Of a stretch of DNA of 64,000 nt, positions 30,934-45,214 are shown piece after piece. The position numbers were made by a program, and so were the translations under genes. Numbering within the stretch: the stretch's first letter is position 1; each line of letters begins with the position of its first letter. The notes under the pieces are model-generated. The model ran no database searches. It had not been told where the DNA came from and saw only the letters and a program-made list of their open reading frames with translations. This stretch comes from Eledone cirrhosa (lineage: Eukaryota), in NCBI GenBank assembly GCA_964016885.1, contig OZ024740.1:27032001-27096000 (forward strand), given 5' to 3'.

Positions 30934-31037
30934 AATATAGGAAAAGGTATGACCCTAACGGCAGAGCTCAAGCCGTTTCCCAGAAATACCCGTCCAAACG
31001 GTATGAGCTCTGCCTTCTGGGTCATACCTTTTCCTAT
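30932..31037. mobile_element. Fold-back element, family C, without tail
   Basis: ataggaaaaggtatgaccc..gggtcataccttttcctat. Confidence 0.7.
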
Positions 31038-31218
31038 ATAGATATATGTGTGTGTGTGTGAGTGTGTGTGCATTGCCAGGATTTTCGGATGATAGATTAG
31101 ATAGTATCAGCACTAAAAAGACCGACGGAAACATTGTTTCCCTGGTCCGATTCAACGACTTTTCCCCCAATCAATAAGTGTATGAGGTCTGGGAACTTGT
31201 CAAATGAGTCGATCCTTA

Positions 31219-31293
<75 letters not shown>

Positions 31294-31405
31294 CAAAATG
31301 TTAACAAATGAAAAATATTCTCATAATCAAAATATATATTTTATTATACATATTTTAAAGGTTCTATGGTGTTCAAGTTAAATATATTTATATATATATA
31401 TATAT

Positions 31406-31595
31406 TTAATATAGAAAGGCTTCTACAGGACTAGAACTGTTTCATTCGGGAGAACTCATCAGGGCTTCCTAATGATTTCTCCCGATATTAAACAGTTCTA
31501 CTCCTGTAGAAACCTTTCTATATTAAATATTTATAGTCTGCTATGTATTGGGTACCTTACTTACTGTGGTTACCCCCGATTGAACCTGGGATAAA

Positions 31596-31598
<3 letters not shown>
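31406..31598 (+). mobile_element. Fold-back hammerhead element, family B, in (TA)n
   Basis: Hairpin centred on catcagggcttcctaatga; tail gtaccttacttactgtggttacccccgattgaacctgggata. Confidence 0.75.
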
Positions 31599-31641
<43 letters not shown>

Positions 31642-31677
31642 GGCTTGTATTGGCTGATAGTGCTTCTTATAGCTTTA

Positions 31678-31722
31678 ATTGCCCTGATGAGTCCTTAATA
31701 GGACGAAACATTGTTGGCTAAT
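31678..31722 (+). ncRNA. Minimal type-I hammerhead ribozyme motif (family F)
   Basis: attgcc CTGATGA gtcc-ttaata-ggac GAAA c-att-g TT ggctaat: complete core, perfect stem II, stem I gcc/ggc; lies in a ~215 bp island between (TA)n tracts. Confidence 0.85.
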
Positions 31723-31848
31723 AAAGACTTTTGATGTATTGAAGGCTTCTTTGGTTTATTTTCATAATTCTTCGGCTCTGTTTAATTACATGTCATTTCT
31801 ATAATACGAAGAGGGTGTTTAACTCCAACACACGCTAGTATTTCAATT

Positions 31849-31889
<41 letters not shown>

Positions 31890-32561
31890 CTACGTTGTCT
31901 GTTATGCCCCTTAAGAATATTACAAGTGGTTTGAGAAAATTTAGCTGCATTAAACTTGGGTGTTGCTAATTAGCTAAGCCCGAATCTAACAGGAATATGA
32001 GGACAGGCGTTCCAGTCAAGGCCATCTCGTCGAAGTGTGTATCATGAACTATATTGTCCAAAACATCCTTTATCTAAGACGGTGGAAAACTGAGAATTAG
32101 CCACCAACTCCATTAATGTTTCACTTACTTCTCGTTAGATCAACACTTGCATTAGCACCTTCAATTTGGCTGCTATTTCTAGTCCATCGAGTAGAAACTC
32201 ATTTGATGAACACTGAGACCATATATTGAGTTTACCATTCATTGTGGCAAATATTGGTGGGCAGTCATGCAGCAGCCTGACGAGTCGATATTCTCGTCTG
32301 ATGGAAAACAACATCAACAACAACAATAACACACACATGCTCTATTTCTGTCTGTCTATCAGTCGGTCAGTGTGTCTGTCTGTCTGTCTGCCCCCCCCCC
32401 CCCCCACACACACACACACTTTGCATCTTCATCTTCCTCCCTCCCTCCCCTTCTTCCCCTTCTCTCTCTCAGCCTTTTCTTTACGCTTCCTGTTATTCCT
32501 TCAGACAAAATGTCAGGTGTAATACGTGGTTCGAGGAAGGTCTTGCTACATCTCAGTTACA

Positions 32562-32609
<48 letters not shown>

Positions 32610-32832
32610 ATAAGGAGTTGACGGACCCACCATATTTATATATACATATATATATATAAGATATTATTTTAACAATGATAATAATATCGTTTTACGATCG
32701 TTTCGGACGGTTGATCATACTGATATATTGACTGGTTTATAGCAGTTATAGAACTGTATAATGTCAGACAATATCAGGCATAATATATAGGTTCGATATA
32801 TATATGTAGACACACACACACACATATACATA

Positions 32833-32921
<89 letters not shown>

Positions 32922-33001
32922 GGTAAACATAAATAACAACACAATCGGTACAGTATATGGTAGGGATATATTAGGTTAACGCTTGATATAGCAGGAAGAG
33001 C

Positions 33002-33038
33002 GTCTTAACGTTTCCGACGCTAGTCCTTCATCAGAAGA
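33002..33038 (-). ncRNA. Minimal hammerhead-like motif
   Basis: Minus strand: tctt CTGATGA ag-gac-tagc-gtc-g GAAA cg TT aaga; palindromic AACGTT at stem III. Confidence 0.5.
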
Positions 33039-33163
33039 AACAATGAGAAATAAGATAGATTGAGGCGTCGGGCGGGGGGTTGGAATTGGAAAAAATGTCT
33101 TTAGATAAAAATAACAGGTCCATTCATGTTGACATCTCTTGCCAAACTGTTGGTGCTGGCGTT

Positions 33164-33210
<47 letters not shown>

Positions 33211-34163
33211 CTGTGTGTGTTTATGTGTTTGTGCAGGCGTACGTTTAAACGTAATTTATCGAAGAGAATATTGTGGTTGTTCTCAGTCACATCTTAACGT
33301 ACATTCAGTTTTACGGTAAGAATACATAACTAGAGTAGATAGAGAAATGAATAGCTATAAGTACGATTCGAACAGGATCACACAAACTGATCAGGTAATC
33401 GATTATCTAATTAAATCAATTCAAATAGATATGTTGCCACGATTAGATCATTTGGTTTCTTTGTTATATAACTTTATGTATATAACCTATGTGAGATTGA
33501 AGTCGTTCAACTCATCCCTCACTCAACAAATCTGTAAGCCTGAGCAAACAGAACATCATCAACATCCCATGTTCTCTTTTTTTGTTTGTTGCTCTTTGCT
33601 TTTAGACACACTAATGAGGATTATACCATACAATATGTCCTCTGTTTGTTTTAAAACTTTAATCAGTTGCGTATATTTGGAAACAAGATTTGTCTGCAAA
33701 ATATAATAGGTGTGTTCAATATATAAGAATTTCTAATTTCGTGACTAGACCAGAAGTTTGACAGGTGGGAATGACGATTAAATTAAAACCAGTATTTGGC
33801 TGGTACTTTATTTTATTGACCCTGGAAGCACGGAAGGCAAATTTGACTTCGACTAGATACGAACGCTCAATGTAAAGAGCGTGAGCTTAAAACTCCTAAA
33901 TATTTGCCAGATGCTCTACCGACCTTCCCAATCCACCACCTGCATTCAATATATTATAAATATTGTTCATTGCTATCTAAACCTACGTCACAGTTTCGTT
34001 TCTTGTATAGAATTTGTAAATGAAAAGTAAAATAGAAATATATTATATTATTGCCAATTTCAACACTATGGTGTACAGGTTTCCATGAGGAATAGGGTTC
34101 GGTGTGCTGACAACCGTCATGTTATACTAAAATTCTTGTCATTAAGGTATTAATAATTATTAA

Positions 34164-34199
<36 letters not shown>

Positions 34200-34436
34200 T
34201 GTAATAAACAACATAAGACAATTATTCCATTTATCAGAGGTTTCACGAATACAAATGAGCTCAAAATTCCTTTACCCTTCCTACGGAAATACTTCATACA
34301 TATATATATATATATGTTGTGTTGAGGCAAATAACTATGTGTATACTCTGGTAATGAATCTTACATTGCCCATTGAGTGCACTGAGATACAACCGGTACT
34401 GGCATTGATAAATATGCTGGGTCCGTCAACCCTTAT

Positions 34437-34599
<163 letters not shown>

Positions 34600-35452
34600 T
34601 ATATAACGCACGCAGACAGAGATCAGAGATATATACTCGCGCGCATATCCATACTCATATATATGTGTGTGTGTATGTGTATGTATGTGTGTGTATATAT
34701 GTGTGTGTGTGTATGTGTCTGTGTGTGTGTGTGTGTGAGTTTGTATTACACAACAAAGGTTAGATAAACATTGAAGTTTCATTGTGTTAACTGAACAATG
34801 AATAATATTCTTGAACGTTATCATAACGGGTAATTGATAACAAGTCGAACATCATAGCTTGTTATGTTAAACACTACGGCATATAGAAAATATTGTCACG
34901 TTGTTGTCGTTGTTGCTGTTGTTGTTGTTGGTGGTGTTTGGGGTGGTGGTAGGTGTTTTGATTACCTAGCAACCAGTTATTAATGATAACATCTAGTAGT
35001 TAAACATCACAGGTGAAAGATAGGCAACAGCAGTGGGGAAAGATAATAATGAAAGGGATTTCCCACAATTTCGACAAAGAGTGTTCCATTTGATTGGACA
35101 GTGGAACAGCTGACTCATTAGATTTAATTTTAAGTGGCTGAGTATTCCACCGACACGTGGGTATCCGGTTTGACAATATTTTTTTTTTCTATTCCCCTGA
35201 CCCAACAGTCTTGAAGATCCTAAAATACCTCATGAACAGGGTTGTATTTCGTCTGGGGGTGGGGCACGTCAGGTTTGGTGGTCCCTCATACACAAAAAAG
35301 TTAGAATACACTGCACCCCCCCCCCCCACTCCCAACAATTTCACATATGAAAGTTAACTTGGCGCAAGTAATTGTAATTGAACAGTTATACATACAGGTA
35401 TAAAATTCAAAAATTCTAACTATCCTAAAACTAAAATGCCCAGCTAAAGGGA

Positions 35453-35719
35453 CAAATAAATTGCTACGACCGTCGTTAGTGGAGACCCCATTGCCGGGGC
35501 ACCGTAGCAATTGCTCCCTTTGTCCCCATTAAATCCGGCCGTGCCCATCAACATAGTTCTTAAGTTCTTGACTAAATAAATATACATAGCTGTGTTGCAA
35601 TAATTAATGTCGATAACAAGGGTGGAGGCGTGGTAGTTTGTTAGGTGGTCGGATATAACATGTTGTGGTATTGTACTGGTTCTTTACATTCTGAGTTCAA
35701 ATCCCATCGAGGTCAACTT
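35453..35719 (+). repeat. 267-bp local duplication, copy 2
   Basis: Matches 27852-28118. Confidence 0.92.
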
Positions 35720-36574
35720 CGCCTCGCCAACACACTCTATCAAATTTGCTGGCCTTTTAATTAAAAAGGAATCGATAATTATAACGTTTATCTGAAGCGG
35801 ATTGGGAGATTGGCTGTTGGAGCTGGAGACCGAACCTCGCAGTGTTTACATATGTGTGTTAAAACCGGCAATGTGTGTGTGTTAGGGGATATAAGCATTT
35901 ATCCTTTTGTGGTCGATAAGTAAAGTACTATTACACTTCAATACTATGGGAGATGGATTCTTTTTCAGTAGGAGATAAAAATATAAAGAGAGTTGGTCGT
36001 ATGTTACCTGTAATTAACATCTGAGATGATTACAAAATGAACGCTGACAGGATATAAATTAATTATATTGTTAATATTCTCACCTGTCAGGTGATGTGTG
36101 TACAGATTAAAAATGTCAGACAAGCCGATCATGAATAAATAATCGAACAGGTGATAAATATATCACGAAGCTCGTTAATTGTGTTTTGATGTATTCCAGG
36201 ACAAGATACCTTCTCAAGCCGTATTTATCTGGTTGTCAGTAGTTACCATAAAGTTGATACAGTCTCTTTGTATTAAATATGGCGTGTTAAGCCAACATCA
36301 TTCTAACGGAAACAAGGAATATATAGGTTGGCGATGTGGTTGTTTCGCCTCAAGTTGGTCGTGGGTTTGAAGCCCTATTCTCTGCTCCAAAAGGGGACAT
36401 GGTGATGATTGCAATGTGCGCCAGGTGGGCTAGTTGTTTTGGGGACAGACGTATGAAATATAATACTCTAATAGGCAAAGGAGAGGCCCTTTTTTTATAA
36501 ATCATTCTGTTCCTAGCCCTTGTGTTCTTTTATTTGTTAGTACATTATGTACACTAAACATGTGTGTGTATGTG

Positions 36575-36639
<65 letters not shown>

Positions 36640-36700
36640 CGAGGTGATAGGAAAAATACCACTATATTCCGCTTGCTATATATATATACATATATACATA

Positions 36701-36767
<67 letters not shown>

Positions 36768-37821
36768 TATTCCATTAACTCATATATTAATATATTTACC
36801 ATTAATATATAATTGGATCGTGCAGTAAGAAGAAGTTTAAAGGGAAGACTATAATATTTCACATCTGACATGGGTTTTACTTACTAAAATGAATCTATAT
36901 TTCAAACCTGACATGGGACTATTACCTGTTTGCTTAGTCCAGACAATGAAAAAAAGTATTCCAGCCATGGTAATCACGTCTCAAAGTGTTTGGGTGGAAT
37001 TCTTGGAATATAATTTATCTAATTTGCTTACTTTACCCAGCTGACTGAGCACTCATGCTAAGACTCCTTCTAAGGGGATGAGAAATCGATGCGAACAGCG
37101 GTTAAGCCCTAGTCAACCGGCCCTAAAACTTTAGCTTAGAAGTGCTCCTTAAAATCAACAATTTTTCGTCATTGGAAATCATCGTCGGACCATCAAAATA
37201 CGAAGATTTGCTCTCATTTATTGATGTCAACTTTGCCTTTCATCCTTTTACTCACTTACTCGCTATCACTCTCTATCTTTCTCTGGAAAAAATCTGTTGT
37301 ACTCCGGCCTGAAGAGGGATGGGCTCCGTCAGACGTTAACTGCTCAAGAAAGACCGTATCATCAGGAGTTACGGAAACATGCAGGAAGGAAGGCAATGAC
37401 TAAAACACACTTCCATTGTCTATTTCTCAATGGATTGTAGCTATAATATAATGGTTTACCATTGTCAAATATGTGTTGGCTGATTCAGAGTTGAGTTTAC
37501 ACGTGTCAGTGGAATACTTACAGCTAAATATCTGGAGTCGTACGTCCAGATGATCGAACACCTGTAAATAATACAGTAATAAGACTACTTGATGTAATTC
37601 AGTTTGATATAAGCGTCATCTACAGGTGCACCTCCTAGGTATATCTAAATTACATATTTGTCAAATATTTTATGTTGATTAGATTCAATCAGAATATAAA
37701 GTTGTTAACAGCTACCATACTTGCATCCCCTTTGATACCAATCTGCCTGAAGTCACCCCTGGTTCTACCGTACAAATCTTACAGTATCCTCATGAAAGAA
37801 CCTTAGATCCCAAACACAAAC

Positions 37822-38050
37822 CTATCTATCAAGTTCTCTCCAGCGGTCTTTGCCCCTCATTATCGCTGCTATGTCCTGCGTCTCCAACAGACCAGTGTCT
37901 GTCCTTAAGACATCAACATATGTTAACCTCGGTCTTCCTCTTACAGTGTGTCCATACTGGGGATCCCACAGGAGCACTGAGTGCAGTATCGACTCTGGAC
38001 GTCGCTGAGCATGTCCAGCTAACCTCAGTCTCCTCTGTGTCACTTTGGAG

Positions 38051-38112
<62 letters not shown>

Positions 38113-38330
38113 TCGGTCTCCCTCTTCTAGTGTGTCAATGCAGGGGCTTCCACAGGAACACTGAGTGCAGTGTCAACTCTGGATGTCGGTGAGCATGTCC
38201 AGCTAACCCCAGTCTCCTTTGTGTTGCTTTCGAGCTGACTTTTTGGAGGCTCCCATGCAGCTCTGAGTTTTTCATCCTCAGTGTATACTGATTAATGTTC
38301 AGAGCCATCCTCAGAAGTCACGTTTATCAC
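37822..38330 (-). pseudogene. RTE/RTEX-like LINE ORF C-terminal remnants (two overlapping diverged pieces)
   Basis: RRLRLAGHAQR..VLLWDP..RGRPRLTYVD..DRWR, typical of RTE-group C-termini. Confidence 0.7.
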
Positions 38331-38334
38331 GACT

Positions 38335-38485
38335 TCAATCGGGGGTAACCGCAGTAAGTAAGGTACTCAATGCAAAGCAGAGTATATACAGGACTAGAAC
38401 TGTTTCATTCTGGAGAAATCATCAGGGCTTCCTGATGATTTCTCCCGAATTAAACAGTTCTAGTCCCGTAGGAGTCTTTCTATAT

Positions 38486-38490
<5 letters not shown>
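38335..38490 (-). mobile_element. Fold-back hammerhead element, family B
   Basis: Centre tcatcagggcttcctgatga gives CTGATGA on both strands; family tail on the left. Confidence 0.75.
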
Positions 38491-38543
<53 letters not shown>

Positions 38544-39726
38544 ATCATTCCGAATACAAATAAAGTAAATAATTGTTGATGTTCTCTCTCTTTCCCTCAA
38601 TGACACCGTCTCTCTCGCTCTCCCCATCTCTCACTATTATAAACAAATGGGGGCCCACGCGCTGGCTGCCCTGTGGTCCCGGCGCACAGAATAAAGAAAA
38701 GGTTTCCACGGAGGATGGTGAGGGAGACCCGTTGGAAGAAACATTACTGCCCGCGAGGATCACACCCACGGGTATCCAAATCCGTGCCGTTGGTGGTGAG
38801 TAGGGAGGCGGTCCTAGGGCGAAGGACACCAGATGGAGAAATAAAGGTTGCTCGTCTTGGTAAAGATACTATCGCTTCTCTCTAGTATAAGAATGTAAAT
38901 CTGTCGGTTCTGTGCTCCCGCTCCTAAATCGATCAAAACATAGAATTAACAAAGTTGCCTGTTTTTATTTCGTTACCAATTGACGTTTCACTGAAATCTA
39001 GGTTTGTGGATGTATTCGAGTTATATATCTTTTTTAATCAAGCATTTAATTCCCAAAATGTCGATATCGTGTTCATATGTGGGTGAGTATGAGTTTGTTT
39101 AAGTCTATGTGAGTGCGTGTATGTGTGTGTAAGCGCATGCGTGTGTTTGTTTGAGAGGGAGAGGGTGTGTGACTGGGTCTGTGTGTTTTTGTATTGTTTC
39201 TTCATAAAGATCACCTCTTAATGGGAAGTCATATACTCAAATGCATTATATAAAATACGACTATATTATGTATAACAGCCCTCCCTTCCTTCCATGAAGA
39301 CATTAAGGGTGCTATATCTAGCAGGTCAAGTAACTGCGAATAAATTCCTTCGTTTGTGAGTGTGTTCATATACGTTAAATCTTCAGAGTATGATGAAAGT
39401 TGTTGTAGTTGATGTTGTCGTAGTTAATGTTGGGATGTCATTATCATTGACATGTAAACCCTGATTTAGCAGACCAATGATCAAAGTGACACATACTATG
39501 ACCACACCAGGGATTTACTGGACAACATCATCTAATAAGACATTTGCGTTATGATTGAGAATATCACATTATAAAGGCATATATCTGGTATGGAATATAT
39601 CAACCATTACTTGATCACATGGAGCCAGAGAACGTGGTAAAATAGAAGTGTTGCGCCAGTTGACGGTACACACGAATATACAAAGTTAGATATATAGGTA
39701 CACACATATGTATTTCTCAGCATTTA

Positions 39727-39774
39727 TACACATATTTATTGTAGTATTGTATTTATTGTTTTCAAAATACACGA

Positions 39775-39814
<40 letters not shown>

Positions 39815-39862
39815 TCGTGTATTTTGAAAACAATAAATGCAATACTACAATAAATATGTGTA
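39727..39862. repeat. Palindrome centred on a (TA)n tract
   Basis: tattgttttcaaaatacacgag (TA)n ctcgtgtattttgaaaacaata. Confidence 0.85.
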
Positions 39863-39920
39863 CCTATATATATCTTCGGATTTACTGAACTTTCTGCATG
39901 TATATATATATATATATATA

Positions 39921-40114
39921 TAGGAACCAGTAAGACCCCGACAGCTGAGCTCAAGCCGTTTCGACGGCTAATTCTAGTCCAGAATTAGCCGTCGAAACGG
40001 CTTGAGCTCAGCTGTCGGGGTCTTACTGGTTCCTATTACCCACTCTACTACCTCAAGTATTGAGTACTTTGGTGCGTTATGGTCCACCTGGTTCCTTACC
40101 ACATTTCCTTCGTT
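39921..40114 (+). mobile_element. Fold-back element, family C, in (TA)n
   Basis: Near-perfect hairpin 39921-40036, with the tail on the right. Confidence 0.75.
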
Positions 40115-40135
40115 ATATATATATATATATATTTA

Positions 40136-40188
<53 letters not shown>

Positions 40189-40911
40189 CCATTCACAAGC
40201 TTCACAAAAGCTTTAAAGGAAAATAATGTGTTCTCCATTTTATGACAGAGCGGTCATTTAAAATATTTAAGAAAAAAAACCTTCTTATATTCACATTTCG
40301 TTTAGGTCTTAACAGTACAGTTTATTTTGTCGCACTAATGAGACCTTGTCACTGATATAACTCCATTATATGAATCTTGACACATCACCAAATTGTCTAG
40401 TTCTATCACGTAATCACTCCCTTCCATTTTCTAAGTCTTTCTTTTAAACACACACACAAACTTATTTACATACTTGGCCAAACACATCCAAACAGGCGCA
40501 TATATTTTTGCGTATTTAATCGTAGGAACAAAGCTTTCACGTACAATATAAATTACTGTAAACTCCAAGATGTAGAGCGAGTTATGTTATTTGATGGGGG
40601 AATCCCATTCACAATAAAGATATAGATGTATATAATTAGCATTTAAACCGAATATAGTAATTAGCTTTATATATTGATAACCAAGTATTGTAAGATGATC
40701 AACTCTGTTAACTAGTTATATATATATATATATATATACATACATATATGTGTGTCTGTGTGTGCGTGTGTGTGTGTGTATTATTTATTATATAATTATG
40801 TTCATAAACGAAACAAGAACGCTACCCAAGGTTTTCCACGCCCAAATTTGACCATATTTCCAGAACACAGGGTTCATCAAATTTGTGACCTTTCTCCAGG
40901 CGCTTATACGA

Positions 40912-40975
<64 letters not shown>

Positions 40976-41821
40976 GGGGAGGGGTATCGTTAAGTATGTA
41001 GAAATATATGTATATGTATATATAACTAAAAATCTGTCCGCGTATAACTATTTTCGCAATGTATGGTGCATTTTCTTTTCTACACACACATACACACATA
41101 TCACTATATGTATATACACATGCCTGTCTAAGCATATACATATTTTGTATATGTGCGTTTATATATGTATTAGTTTATGTTTTGCCATATATGTTTATAT
41201 AAATACATTTAATTTATATGCGTTTCTTTCTCTCTTTTGTCTTTGTAGCTTCAAACCAGCAAACATGGCGCTATATTTAAAAACATGAAAACCATCATTC
41301 TCTTCCCCACAATTACCCGCTTAATCATCGCTTTGAGTCGAAACTTCTTAAATTACAACAGCACAACATCCTTCTCTATTGAATTCAAGTTTGAACCGGG
41401 TTACAGGAATAATATTAAGTGATTCTTGGTTTATTATTATTATCATTATATTCGTTATTATCAGGTGGTTTAATGGTAGTTCTAGTGTAGATTATGTGCC
41501 TTAAAATATTCCGTTAGCTAGATTTTAGTTTAAAGGCAATACAATCGGTAGTAGTCATAAGCAGGTCTCATTTAAATGGGTTTATTTATTACAAATGCGT
41601 GGCCTTACTTACCTATAAAAAATATATTATTTCAGCTGTGGTGTAGCAGAAAAATAATGTAGTTCTAAAGAATTTCCAGTATTTAGTGTTGTGACATTAT
41701 CTCCTGATTTCATATAAATCCCTCAGGCAACAACATTCTCCTTGTTTAAAAAAGTACAATAGCATAAATAAGTATTGAACCTTGCTGTATACTATTAGAA
41801 TTAAATGGTATGAAGTTACAG

Positions 41822-42105
41822 ACATAGTGGTAAGGGTGTCGAACTTACGACCATAATGTCGTGGGTTTGATTCCTGGAGGGCGTGGTGTGTTGTGTTCTT
41901 GAGCAAAACACTTCATTTCACGTTACTCCAGTATACTAAGATAGAAATGATTACCAGCAGAATCTAGGGCTTTAACTCTGCGATGGACTGGCATCCTTTC
42001 CAGGTGTGTATGTATGGGAGGGGGTCTTGTACTCTCAGTCCCTTAACGCCAGGGAAACCGGGATAAGCTACTGCCTGATGAGTCTCCGAGCACGAGACAC
42101 TTTAA
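41822..42105 (+). mobile_element. tRNA-derived SINE family 2
   Basis: tagtggtaaggg A box, ggtttgattcc B box, tgtgttcttgagcaaaacacttcatttcacgtt core; a minus-strand fragment lies at about 19040-19125. Confidence 0.75.
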
Positions 42106-43136
42106 GCTTTTTTATGAATTATAGGCAATGGTTAACCGAGTCCTGTCTGCTCACCTCCACCTGAACCTACAGATGTACGGAAACCGAATGATTAGTGGAA
42201 TAAATACAATACAGCTAGGTTATTTTACTGCACACGTTCATAATAAAACCCCGTGTGCCAGTTTGCACAACGTATCTTGATATATGTGGGCTGGAGATGT
42301 GGACTTCTCCGTCTCGTTCTAACGACTACCTTCGTATCTCGAGACAGAGCTGAACGGAGACGACACGAAATCAACAAGTAAGAATATAAAGGAACAACGA
42401 ATATATAGCTTTGATCTCTGGTCGAAGTGCTTACAGTTATCGCCAATGCATTTATTGTAAACACGTTACTGATTCTGATTGGACTAATAATTTCAAGAGA
42501 TAAACTGTTGGAAAATATAGGATTGTTACAGTTGGTTTGGGGCTGACATTGTGGTGAAAAACAACAACTGCTCCCTTAGGTTTGAATATTGAGTCTGGAT
42601 CCATGAGGCTGAGTTGTCTATGCCTACAAGGGGCAATTACATAGCTCTCCCTTATTTGTGGCATAAAACCTCAGAATGGTCTGTATTAGCAGCAATTTCT
42701 TTATAGAAGAGTTTATGGGAAATATCAGTAAGTACAGTTGATGTGAAGAATGAAGTATCTAACCTTTCAGGATTTAGCCCATCATCATTGTTTTTATTAA
42801 TGCTCAGTCAGGGAGGAACCAGGAGTGTACTTGAACATGTTCATAACACACGAGAATGGTGGTAGGAAAGTATCCCAACACCGGTAACTTTGTCCAAATG
42901 CTTGCAACAGGGTGTACACTGCTACAGGTACACGAGAAGCAGGTGGTTTTATTAAATCGAGTGAGAGTTTAACATAATCTAAGTAAGGTAGGAAACAGAG
43001 AGAGCAGAGGTTATCAACTAGGTTGTGAGCTAGACAGTTAAATCAATATATACAACAATCCTCTCTATCAATGAATATATTTTTGTATGGGAAATAACCA
43101 GTGAGGAACTCAGTGTTGTTATTATTAACGTATTCA

Positions 43137-43530
43137 AGGGCGGTGGATTGGCAGAACCGGTAGAGCGTCGGACACCATGCTTTGTAGTATAGAGTTATGG
43201 CCGTTTATGTTCTGGTTTCAAATCCCTCCGAAGTTAGCTTTGCCTTTTCTCCTTACGGACGTCGATGGGGTCGATTTAATCGACTTTCCCCTCCTCCAAA
43301 ATTGCTGGCATTGTGCCTACATCAGACACCCTTATTAACCCATCCACGGGTGGAATTGGCAGATATGTTAGAGCATCGAGCAAATGTTTATCCTTATTTG
43401 TTTTGATTCTTGAGTTTCTGAGTTAAAATCAAATTTATCTTTCACCATTCCGTGCTCGGTAAAATTATGTACCAGTATAGACTTATCTCTTCCTTAATAT
43501 TGCAGGTCTTGTTCCTAAACCTAAAACCGT
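43137..43530 (+). mobile_element. Two tandem SINE family 1 copies
   Basis: aagggcggtggattggcagaaccgg head, followed by a second diverged copy from about 43348. Confidence 0.7.
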
Positions 43531-44654
43531 TAATAACACATCTCAGCACGTGAAGGTTAGTGTTCACAGAATGACAAGCTCATGAAACATTCATAGACCT
43601 CGTGTATAATGTTGTGTATTTCTTGCCATCTTATAAGGTCCAGTGAACACTTTCAGGCAACATGCAGCAAACCTATCATATGCTACCTAATCTCACTTGA
43701 TTTATGCATTTTATCTGCCTCTTACACAAACATATTTTAAGCTTTTTCCCTTTGCCATTGGCTATACATCAAATCTCTGACGTTTCTGGCGGTCAGAGAG
43801 ATGCGTACTTACAAATGTATTATTCAATCTTTTGTTCTTACACTGGAGCTGCATCTCCCTCTCAAGAGATATGCTGAAGTTTCTCTCAATAACTCCCCAA
43901 CATTAGCTTCATCCAGAGGGGAAAAAAAAAGTGAGAAGAATTTGTATAGCAGGCTTTATAATGGTACCGACAAAAACATACATTGGAAACAAGAAATATA
44001 TTTGGCATAAGAATTAATCATGCAAACACAGTTCCCTTGACAGAGACATAAGACGATGGATGAGTGAAGTTTACAATAATAACAGTACAGTATCACCATG
44101 AGTCATCTTCACATAACCTCTTCTGTTAAGCTGAATGTGGCGCAAATATATACACACTAGTTATTTTCTTATTTTTATTGGTTTGTGTAAATGATACAGA
44201 CCAGCCATTCTGAACATGAGGCGTCTCACAGGGGAAGATTTTGAATATTTGGTATGTAGTGGGGGAAACGGTTCTCACTTTTTCTGTATACGTCACTTAA
44301 CGCCAAATAATTCTTATATTGAATTGAGTTTATATCGAGTTGAATTGAACAAAATTGTTACGGTGTTGTGGTGGGGTACATTGATCAAAACATGTTACGA
44401 ACTGCTGAAATGTTGCCTTCTTGACCTACGACACGTTTCCTTCGTCATCTGTGGCTATCTTCGTTGAAGAATTAACGAGACTATATTCTAAGCCACTCAA
44501 TGGAGGTGGTTAGCATGACTTAATGATTACGAAAAAATTACAAATCACGAGATTAACTATACACATATATATATATCTGTGTGTGTGTGAGTGTGTATGT
44601 GTGTGTGTGCGTGTGTGTCCGTGTATGCATATGTTTGTATGCATGTTTGTTTGT

Positions 44655-44850
44655 GAAGTCGTGTGACTTAATAGCCAGAGCATTGAACTCACAATCGTAA
44701 TGTTGTGAGTTCGAATCCCGACCAGGCATTGTGTTCTTGAGCAAGACACTTTATATCACGTTGCTCCAGTTCACTCAACTGTAGAAATGAGTTGCAGCAT
44801 TAATGGTGCAAAGCTGTATCGGCCATTGCCTTTCTCTTGGACAACATCGG
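44655..44850 (+). mobile_element. SINE family 2 copy
   Basis: gagttcgaatcc B box and gttcttgagcaagacactttatatcacgttgctccagt core. Confidence 0.75.
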
Positions 44851-45061
44851 TGGCATGCATGGGCGATAGGTGTTCCAGTTGTGCAGCGAAACGGCTTCAT
44901 TTTTATAGTAACGTATAAGTGGCTGAGTATAGCTAGAACACCACACCCTTAACAACCAGAGTGACACAACGTCTAACAAAGCTGGAGCCCTTTGAATTAT
45001 AAACCCTGTGTATTCGATAGGTTTAAAGAGGGTTATTATCTATCTAGTAGAACTCTTAAAT

Positions 45062-45214
45062 CAGGCATGGAGAACCTTTTTCATGTAGGATCATAGGATG
45101 TCTCATCATAGGATGTCTCATCCTATGGTGGCCGCACTAGTAAAACATCCAAAGAGTTTTGAAATGAGGCGTACCATTTAGAAGGCCAAGCGGGCCGCAG
45201 TTCGTTGATGACTG
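45062..45214. mobile_element. hAT-type MITE
   Basis: Imperfect TIRs caggcatggagaac / gttcgttgatgactg, ggccgca subterminal motifs, 8-bp TSD tcttaaat / tcttaaag. Confidence 0.55.

Noticed and set aside
37305-37340. CTGAAGAG motif
   Set aside because: No downstream GAAA
42071-42100. CTGATGAG motif
   Set aside because: Lies in a SINE 3' region, with no GAAA or stem III
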